The notes beneath the pieces are model-generated. The model did not search any database. It was not told where the DNA came from and saw only the letters and a list, made by a program, of their open reading frames with translations. From Rhodothermales bacterium (GTDB taxonomy: Bacteria > Bacteroidota > Rhodothermia > Rhodothermales > Bin80): a stretch of 64,000 nucleotides of DNA. Shown one piece after another: positions 8,393 through 15,794 of the stretch. The stretch is from the NCBI GenBank assembly GCA_965220935.1, contig OZ244857.1, forward strand, positions 2,440,929 to 2,504,928, in the 5' to 3' direction. Position numbers and translations under genes: made by a program. Each line of letters begins with the position of its first letter. Positions within the stretch are counted from its first letter, which is position 1.

Positions 8393-11236
8393 ATGGAGGT
8401 CGTGAACTTCAAGCCTGGAGATTTGGTGCGACTTCGCGGGCGAGAATGGGTTGTTCTTCCAGATCTTCGGGCTGATCTACTCAAAATCCGACCACTTGGT
8501 GGATCCGAGCGTGATGCAACTCTGATCTACCTGCCACTTGAGCCTGAAAAACCCGTTCATTCAACTTTTGACCTTCCCGATCCTGAACAAGTAGGTTCCA
8601 GAGATTCGGCTATGTTATTACGTGACGCTCTTCGTCTAAAACTGCGCTCTGGTGCGGGACCCTTTAGGAGTTTTGGCAATCTCAATTTTGAGCCCAGAAC
8701 CTATCAATTGGTCCCTCTATTGATGTCTCTTAAACAATCTCCCATTCGACTTCTCATCGCTGATGATGTTGGCATTGGAAAAACTATTGAAGCAGGCCTG
8801 ATCGTCAGGGAGATGTTTGACCGTGGTGAGATTGAACGATTTACGGTGATTTGCCCCCCACATTTGTGTGACCAATGGCAACGAGAGTTGGGAGAAAAAT
8901 TTCATTTTGATGCTGAGATCATCCGTACTGGAACAGCTGCTCGCCTGGAGCGAGGTTTACAACAAGATGAGTCTGTTTTTGAGGTCCATCCATTTACGGT
9001 CGTCTCTCTTGATTATATCAAATCAGATCGCAGAAGGACTGATTTCCTCCGTAGTTGCCCGAATTTCGTTATTGTTGATGAAGCTCATACCTGCGTTTCT
9101 GGAAATCCAAATACGCGTCATCAGCGCTACCAGCTCCTCAAAGGACTTTCTAGTGACACTCTGCGAAGCATCGTTCTCCTTACTGCAACCCCACATTCAG
9201 GCAATGATGTTGCATTTCATAATTTACTCTCTTTACTGAAGCCAGAGTTTGCGAAACTTGCTGAATTACCTCCGGGAGATCAACGACAATCCCTTCGTGA
9301 TAAGTTGTCCCAGCATTTTGTACAACGCCGCCGAGGTGATATTGAGGAATGGGAGGATCAGAATCAATTTCCAATCAGGGAAACCCGCGAGAGAACCTAT
9401 CAACTGACGGGAGATTGGGGAGTGTTATTTAGCGAGGTTCTCGTGTATGCTAGAACTATGGTTAAGCGTACAGAAGGAGGTACATCCCTTCAGCAGAGAA
9501 TGTCTTGGTGGGCTGCCCTTGCACTGTTGCGGTGTATTTCCTCTAGCCCTGCAGCCGCCCATATGTCACTGCGAACTCGCCTAAAAGCTACGATCGGAGA
9601 TACAGAAGATGAGCAAATAAATAATTTAGACAAGAACGTCCGTGACACAGTGATTGACGAGGCTGATAACGCTCTAACATCAACTGAAAGCATACCCGCT
9701 GGAACGGTTGAAGCACGAGAGGATTCCCGCATATTAAGCGAGCTAATTGAACGAGCGAAAGAACTACGTGGACCGACAATGGACCCTAAACTCTGTTCTC
9801 TCATCACTGAAATCAAAGCACTGATACGCGATCAATATAGGCCAGTTATTTTCTGCCGCTATATTGCGACAGCACATTATGTTGGGGAACAGTTGAAACA
9901 CGCTCTTCCCTCGCGAAGCACTCATGTCATCACTGTGACAGGAGAACTTGACCCTAATCAACGTGAAGCAGATATTGAATCGTTTCAGCATCTCTCCAGT
10001 GATATTCATCCTGTGCTAGTGGCTACGGATTGTCTTTCTGAAGGAATTAATCTTCAGAATTATTTTAACGCCATCGTTCACTATGATCTTGCGTGGAATC
10101 CAACGCGCCATGAACAGCGAGAGGGCCGTGCAGATCGGTTCGGGCAGACCTCCAAAGTAGTGCGTACGCTCCTGCTCTATGGAGAAAACAATCCCATTGA
10201 CGGTGCAATTATTCGTGTAATACTTAATAAGGCCGAACAGATCCGAAAAGAACTTGGCGTTCATGTTCCTTCACCCGTTGAAAATGACAAGCTTCTGGAG
10301 ACTATAATGATGGCTGCCCTTCTTCAAAGCGATGCATCTACTGCTCTGCCAGATCTTGACTTTGGAAATACTGAGGATGAGGTGGACATTGCCTGGGAAA
10401 GGGTTAAGCAAAAAATTTCCCGAACTGTATTTGCTCAACGTACCTTGAGACCTGATGATGTTATACCAGAATGGGAAAAGACCGTCTCCGTGTTAGGAGG
10501 ATCTCATGATGCAGAACGCTTCGTTCGTTCCGCTACAAATCGTCTCGGAGCCCCGCTCAATGCAGAAAAAGACTACTTTCAATTTCCCGTGAAGCATTTA
10601 CCAAAACAGCTCCAGGATCAATTAGGAGATATAGGATTCAAGGAAACGACGAAAATTACATTCTCCCAGCCACCACCGATGGGTGTAAACTATGTGCACA
10701 GAACTCATCCGATCATTTCAACGCTTGCGGATTATGTAGCAGAGCTCTCATTAGATAATAAGTGTGATATAGGTGCGAGATGTAGCGCTATGTTTACCAG
10801 AGATGTGACAGAGCGGACTGTTCTTTATCTACTCAGACTCCGTTTTCAACTTCATGTTGAGCAACGAAACAGCGACGGGAAATTCATCCCACTTAAATCC
10901 TTGCTTGCTGAAGAGTGTACAGGGGTTGCAATCCGCGGAATTGACTCGCCCGAAATCCTGACAGATCATGATGCTTTTGATCTTCTTTCTGCTGAACCAT
11001 CAAGCAACATGGATACAGGTCAGAAAACATTCATGATCAGACAAGTTTTGGGAGAACTTGATACCGTTGAGAGTATTTTTATCCGCATCGCTAACCAACA
11101 ATCTGAACAGCTTCTTAAAGATCACCGCAGGATTCGTGATGCCAGCGATATGAGAGGGTTAAGATATAATGTAGAACCCTGCCTACCGGTTGATAAGATT
11201 GGGATATATGTTTTTATGCCCTCTGTAAAGTTGTGA
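8393..11236 (+). CDS. SNF2-family helicase (DrmD-like)
   Basis: I place the start at ATG 8393 (MEVVNFKPGD...), 1 nt after the upstream stop (8389-8391). The track's 8342 start would overlap the helicase gene. Motifs seen are LLIADDVGIGKTIEAG (8762-8785), VIVDEAHTC (DEAH, 9076-9087), LLTATPHSG, VLVATDCLSEGINLQ and HYDLAWNPTRHEQREGRADRFGQ. Confidence 0.85.
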   Translation: MEVVNFKPGDLVRLRGREWVVLPDLRADLLKIRPLGGSERDATLIYLPLEPEKPVHSTFDLPDPEQVGSRDSAMLLRDALRLKLRSGAGPFRSFGNLNFEPRTYQLVPLLMSLKQSPIRLLIADDVGIGKTIEAGLIVREMFDRGEIERFTVICPPHLCDQWQRELGEKFHFDAEIIRTGTAARLERGLQQDESVFEVHPFTVVSLDYIKSDRRRTDFLRSCPNFVIVDEAHTCVSGNPNTRHQRYQLLKGLSSDTLRSIVLLTATPHSGNDVAFHNLLSLLKPEFAKLAELPPGDQRQSLRDKLSQHFVQRRRGDIEEWEDQNQFPIRETRERTYQLTGDWGVLFSEVLVYARTMVKRTEGGTSLQQRMSWWAALALLRCISSSPAAAHMSLRTRLKATIGDTEDEQINNLDKNVRDTVIDEADNALTSTESIPAGTVEAREDSRILSELIERAKELRGPTMDPKLCSLITEIKALIRDQYRPVIFCRYIATAHYVGEQLKHALPSRSTHVITVTGELDPNQREADIESFQHLSSDIHPVLVATDCLSEGINLQNYFNAIVHYDLAWNPTRHEQREGRADRFGQTSKVVRTLLLYGENNPIDGAIIRVILNKAEQIRKELGVHVPSPVENDKLLETIMMAALLQSDASTALPDLDFGNTEDEVDIAWERVKQKISRTVFAQRTLRPDDVIPEWEKTVSVLGGSHDAERFVRSATNRLGAPLNAEKDYFQFPVKHLPKQLQDQLGDIGFKETTKITFSQPPPMGVNYVHRTHPIISTLADYVAELSLDNKCDIGARCSAMFTRDVTERTVLYLLRLRFQLHVEQRNSDGKFIPLKSLLAEECTGVAIRGIDSPEILTDHDAFDLLSAEPSSNMDTGQKTFMIRQVLGELDTVESIFIRIANQQSEQLLKDHRRIRDASDMRGLRYNVEPCLPVDKIGIYVFMPSVKL

Positions 11237-11237
11237 T

Positions 11238-14200
11238 ATGGAAAAAATCAGAACTAACGATGTATTCACAGCCTTGAGGATTGAGGGTGGTATTTTACCT
11301 CCAGAATATCTCCAAAGGATCGCACAGCTTAATGCGTCTAATCAATCAGATCAAGATTATGATCTTTCTGAATCACTCATTCTTAAAGAAGAGATTGGTC
11401 GTTATTGGAAAATTGCTACTGACCTTTACGAGCGCTATAATCGATTGCGAGTGCGCCGAAGTACCAGACAGGAATCATCCGTAGTAGAAGATTGGTGTGT
11501 TCCTTTTATTCGGAATATTCTAGGATACGAAAATCTGATTTCAACGAGTGATGTTGAAATTAATGATCGTTTTTTCAAGTTAACTCATGTTACGCATAAT
11601 GGTGCTGTGCCTATTCTTTTGGTATCCCAGGACTCTCTGGACAAATCGTTTCCCGAACTTGGCTATGATGGCCGTAGGCAGGCAGCTCATGGCATTATGC
11701 AGGAATATTTGAATACTGAAGATGCTGCACTTTGGGGAATTATTTCTAATGGATCAAAGCTCCGAATCCTGCGCGATAATGTGAGCCTTACACGTCCTGC
11801 ATTCATAGAGGCCGACCTTGATCTCATTCTCTCAGAAGGACTTTACTCAGAATTTTCTGCCCTCTGGCTTGTAACTCATTCCACACGCCTCCGCCCAATT
11901 GATGATAAACCATCCCTCTGTATAATTGAAACTTGGCGCACAGAAGCTCAAGAAACAGGTCAACGTATCCGAGAAAACTTACGTGTAGGTGTCAGCGAAT
12001 CTCTTCGAAAACTTGGAAGTGGTTTTCTGCGTCATCACAAAAACGATCATCTCAGACAGGCACTTCGGAACGGTGAATTAACTCCAGAGGAGTATTTCCA
12101 GCAACTCCTTCAACTCATTTATCGGCTTCTTTTTCTTTTCACAGCTGAAGATCGTAACCTGCTACACACACCAGAGTCCACGAAAGAACAACGTGGAATC
12201 TACATAGATGGTTACTCTCTAGATCAGATACGCAACCGTACTCTTCGTGGCCGTCATTATGATCAATATGAGGACCTATGGAGGGGACTTCAAGTCACCT
12301 TCCATGCACTTGCACGAGGTTGCTCGGGCCTCGGACTTCCTGCTCTAGGAGGACTTTTTCAAAAGGCCAATGCATTTGATATTGAGCGCTCGGAAATTTC
12401 GAACGCTGATCTGCTTAAGGCCATTAAAAACATCTCTTTCTTTCAATCTAAGCGAAGTCTAACGCGAATCAATTACAGAGATATGGGCACAGAAGAGTTA
12501 GGATCTGTCTATGAAAGTCTATTGGAGCTTCAACCGTTTATTGACGTTGAAAACTGGGTTTTTGGCCTTGTTGGTGATGGGCCTGAAAAAGTCAAAGGAT
12601 CAAAACGAAAGCTCACTGGATCTTATTATACTCCCCCGTCACTTGTGAGCGAATTGATCAAGTCAGCATTGGAACCCGTTATTAAGCAGACTGTGGAAGA
12701 TAATCCAGAGGACCCTCGTGGTGCGATTCTTAAACTGAATATCCTTGATCCTTCGTGCGGTTCCGGGCATTTTCTTTTGGCGGCCGCCCATCGACTTACA
12801 TCCGAGATCGCTTATATAGATCATGGAACAATCTCACCTGATGAAACCACTAGACAGCACATTTTGCGGGAAGTTGTGCAGCATTGCATTTATGGGGTAG
12901 ACATCAATCCTCTTGCTGTTGAACTCTGCAAGACTGCTTTATGGATTGAGACCGTGGAGCCTGGAAAGCCCCTCACCTTTCTTGACTCCCACATTATTCA
13001 GGGAGACAGTCTGGTTGGGATTTTTGATCCATCAATTATGGAAAATGGAATTCCTAATAAGGCATATAATGCTCTAACCGATGACATTAAAGATGTTTGT
13101 CAAAACCTCAAAAAGCGAAATAATGAACCACATTTACCTAGTTTATTTGATGAGGATGCGGCCCTAGAAGTTGCCGTGACGACTATTGACTTAGATTCAA
13201 TGCCAGAGGATACTTTGGGAGATATTGAGCGTAAGTCTGCAGCATGGCAGGATATGCAGCTTGGAGACAGGTGGACGAATGAAAAGTTACGAGCCAATCT
13301 ATTTGTGGGAGCTTTTTTTGCTCCGAAAACATCTGAAACGATTAATCTTGTTCCTCTTTCAAATGATCTCGCTTCACTAGATGGTGACAGTAGTTCTCGG
13401 CGTCCGGGTGTTGATGAATTTATAAATAATTTGGCATTAAAACATTCGTTCCTTCACTGGCATCTTGCCTTTGCAGAGATCATGCAAGATGGTGGATTTA
13501 ACTGTGTCCTTGGAAATCCACCTTGGGAGCGAATTAAGCTACAGGAAAAAGAGTTCTTTTCTACACGATCAGAAGAAATTGCGAATGCTCCAAACAAGGC
13601 AAGTAGAGCTCAACTTATTAAAAAACTAAACAGTGAAGATGCCTCAGTTGCTGAAAAAGCCTTGTTTACTGAATTTCGGAGTGCAAAGCATAGATCTGAT
13701 GCCGTGAGTTTGTTTGCCCGAACAGGAGGACGTTTCCCATTGAGTGGAATTGGAGATCTGAATACTTATCCTCTATTTTCTGAGCTCTTTCTACAACTCG
13801 TCCATCCGCAGGGGCGAGCGGGTTTGATTGTTCCTACAGGTATTGCCACAGATGATACTACAAAAAAATTCTTTAACCATTTGGTTATCAATCACAGGCT
13901 CGTGAGTTTGTTTGACTTTCAAAACAGAGCTGGCATTTTCCCCGACGTTACAGGTTTAATGAGATTTTCTCTCTTAACCTTTAATGGAAATACAAATTCT
14001 GATTCTAAACCAGAATTTGCATTTTTTCTTCATCAAACGGAAAATTTAAAAGAAAAAGAACGACGAATTCAGCTATCAATAGATGATTTTCAGTTATTCA
14101 ATCCGAACACGCTGAACTGCCCCATCTTTCGCACTAATCATGACGTTAACATTGCGCGCAAGATGTTTAAGCGGGGTATCCTGTGGAAGGAAGCAATAGG

Positions 14201-15491
14201 AACTGAACCAGAGAAGAATCCCTGGGGGATCAGATTTATGAGTATGTTTCACATGTCCAATGATTCACATCTATTTAGAACCAGTGATGACTTGCTGGAT
14301 GAGGGGTGGGTGCTACACGGAAACATCTTCATGCGTGATAATGAACGATATTTGCCATTATATGAAGCGAAAATGCTTCACCAGTATGATCATCGTTTTG
14401 CCATGTTTGAAAAAACGGGAGGGGGCAAACCCAAAACTCGAGATCTCACCGTGGAAGAAAAAACAAACCATCATGCGGTTGCCCTACCAAGATACTGGAT
14501 TCCTGCTGCGGAAGTGGAACAAAAGCTTCTGGCGCAATTAAAAGGTCAGTCAGTCAGTCAGTCAGTCAGTCAGTCAGTCAGTCAGTCAGTCAGTCAGTCA
14601 GTCAGTCAGTCAGTCAGTCAGTCATGGACAAACTCAAACGGCTGGCGCGCTACTCGCTCTCAGGGATATCGGAAGTGCAACCAATCAACGAACGACAATA
14701 CTCTCCATGATTGCACCCGTAGGTCTAGGAGATACAGTGTCGGTGATCACCATTGGCTCATGGTTTTCAGAGATATTGCTGGAGCAACCGGTCGGAGAAC
14801 TTGCATCCATACAATTATGCCCTCCATGGGAATGAATCATCATGTTCCGTCTATGAGTATTGATTCCACAAACTGGCTTCAAGCGTTCCGAGATATTGGG
14901 AGGACGGGAGACAACCGTACCCTTATATCAAGTAATTTACCACAAAGTGGGATTGGGAATTCTGCTCCTATCATCAATTATGACCATGCACGAGCCGTGG
15001 CCTCTGCACTTATTCTGGCAAATATGAATAGCATTCCCCTAGACTGGGCAGCTCGCCTTTCAGTTGGCGGAACACATATGAGCTTTTTCATTGTGAAACA
15101 ACTCCCAGTCTTACCCCCTGATGTATTTCTGGAGATGAGTAGATGCAATTGCACATGGGTGCAATTAATTATTCCCCGCGTCTTAGAACTGACCTACACA
15201 TCACATGAAATGACTCCTTTCGCCAGAGATCTAGGATTTGAAGGTCCCCCCTTCACATGGGACGATGAGAAACGTCATTGCCTCAAATCTGAACTTGACG
15301 CAATTATTGCTCATATGTATGAACTTGACCGATCTGACCTTGAATGGATTATTGATCCGCCCCCACCAAGCTCATCTTTCCCAGTTCTTAAATCTCATGA
15401 AATTAAAGAATTCGGAGAGTATCGTACCAAACGCTATGTTCTAAAAGCTTACGATCAAATTCAACGCGGAGAGATACCTAATCTTCCCTAA
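11238..15491 (+). CDS. Large gamma-class N6-adenine DNA methyltransferase (Eco57I-like / DrmMI-like) containing an internal tetranucleotide repeat
   Basis: 1417-aa ORF starting 1 nt after the SNF2 stop. It carries GSYYTPPSLV, motif I ILDPSCGSGHFLLAA (~12741-12785) and motif IV GNPPWERIK (13512-13538). The order I then IV indicates gamma class. C-terminal blocks are LHQYDHRF, RDI..RT modules, GGTHMSFFIVKQLPVLPP, RVLELTYTSHEM and GEYRTKRYVL. The frame is maintained through the (GTCA)20 tract at 14545-14624. Confidence 0.85.
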   Translation: MEKIRTNDVFTALRIEGGILPPEYLQRIAQLNASNQSDQDYDLSESLILKEEIGRYWKIATDLYERYNRLRVRRSTRQESSVVEDWCVPFIRNILGYENLISTSDVEINDRFFKLTHVTHNGAVPILLVSQDSLDKSFPELGYDGRRQAAHGIMQEYLNTEDAALWGIISNGSKLRILRDNVSLTRPAFIEADLDLILSEGLYSEFSALWLVTHSTRLRPIDDKPSLCIIETWRTEAQETGQRIRENLRVGVSESLRKLGSGFLRHHKNDHLRQALRNGELTPEEYFQQLLQLIYRLLFLFTAEDRNLLHTPESTKEQRGIYIDGYSLDQIRNRTLRGRHYDQYEDLWRGLQVTFHALARGCSGLGLPALGGLFQKANAFDIERSEISNADLLKAIKNISFFQSKRSLTRINYRDMGTEELGSVYESLLELQPFIDVENWVFGLVGDGPEKVKGSKRKLTGSYYTPPSLVSELIKSALEPVIKQTVEDNPEDPRGAILKLNILDPSCGSGHFLLAAAHRLTSEIAYIDHGTISPDETTRQHILREVVQHCIYGVDINPLAVELCKTALWIETVEPGKPLTFLDSHIIQGDSLVGIFDPSIMENGIPNKAYNALTDDIKDVCQNLKKRNNEPHLPSLFDEDAALEVAVTTIDLDSMPEDTLGDIERKSAAWQDMQLGDRWTNEKLRANLFVGAFFAPKTSETINLVPLSNDLASLDGDSSSRRPGVDEFINNLALKHSFLHWHLAFAEIMQDGGFNCVLGNPPWERIKLQEKEFFSTRSEEIANAPNKASRAQLIKKLNSEDASVAEKALFTEFRSAKHRSDAVSLFARTGGRFPLSGIGDLNTYPLFSELFLQLVHPQGRAGLIVPTGIATDDTTKKFFNHLVINHRLVSLFDFQNRAGIFPDVTGLMRFSLLTFNGNTNSDSKPEFAFFLHQTENLKEKERRIQLSIDDFQLFNPNTLNCPIFRTNHDVNIARKMFKRGILWKEAIGTEPEKNPWGIRFMSMFHMSNDSHLFRTSDDLLDEGWVLHGNIFMRDNERYLPLYEAKMLHQYDHRFAMFEKTGGGKPKTRDLTVEEKTNHHAVALPRYWIPAAEVEQKLLAQLKGQSVSQSVSQSVSQSVSQSVSQSVSQSWTNSNGWRATRSQGYRKCNQSTNDNTLHDCTRRSRRYSVGDHHWLMVFRDIAGATGRRTCIHTIMPSMGMNHHVPSMSIDSTNWLQAFRDIGRTGDNRTLISSNLPQSGIGNSAPIINYDHARAVASALILANMNSIPLDWAARLSVGGTHMSFFIVKQLPVLPPDVFLEMSRCNCTWVQLIIPRVLELTYTSHEMTPFARDLGFEGPPFTWDDEKRHCLKSELDAIIAHMYELDRSDLEWIIDPPPPSSSFPVLKSHEIKEFGEYRTKRYVLKAYDQIQRGEIPNLP
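14545..14624 (+). repeat. Perfect tetranucleotide simple-sequence repeat (GTCA)x20 (equivalently an AGTC tract) inside the methyltransferase ORF
   Basis: Counted base by base: g14545 through a14624 is 80 nt, or 20 units with no interruption. It translates as G(QSVS)x6QS. The tract has no stop codon in any forward frame. Confidence 0.97.
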
Positions 15492-15794
15492 CCGAATTGT
15501 CATATTTATTGACAGTGTAAAGACTCCCAAACACCAATAAATGATTTACACTTTCAATTGAAGACTTTGACACCATAAGTGAGGAGATGATTCTGCTTAA
15601 TCACTAATTGAAGAGTTAAAGAATCCATCCATTCACACCCTGATTTTGCTATTCTTGTGAGGCTAGTTTCATTATCACAACCCTACCTATTGGCCAAAAA
15701 AATATTCGCACAATGTGCTCCTTAAGATTCATGAACACCTAACTGCCCATTACATTTATGATTACGACGTACTCATTTATCCGTAAATCAGTTC

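Noticed and set aside
14545-14624. Reading the QSVS-repeat simply as a flexible low-complexity protein linker with no genetic significance.
   Set aside because: The repeat is perfect at the nucleotide level across all 20 units. That is the signature of a slippage-prone SSR maintained or expanded at the DNA level, not of selection on a peptide linker. I kept it as a phase-variation candidate instead.
15492-15794. A possible terminator hairpin (ttgtcatatttattgacag) after the methylase gene, which would separate it from the AddAB-like genes.
   Set aside because: It has only a 5-bp stem and no T-run. This is too weak to call, so operon boundaries are left open.
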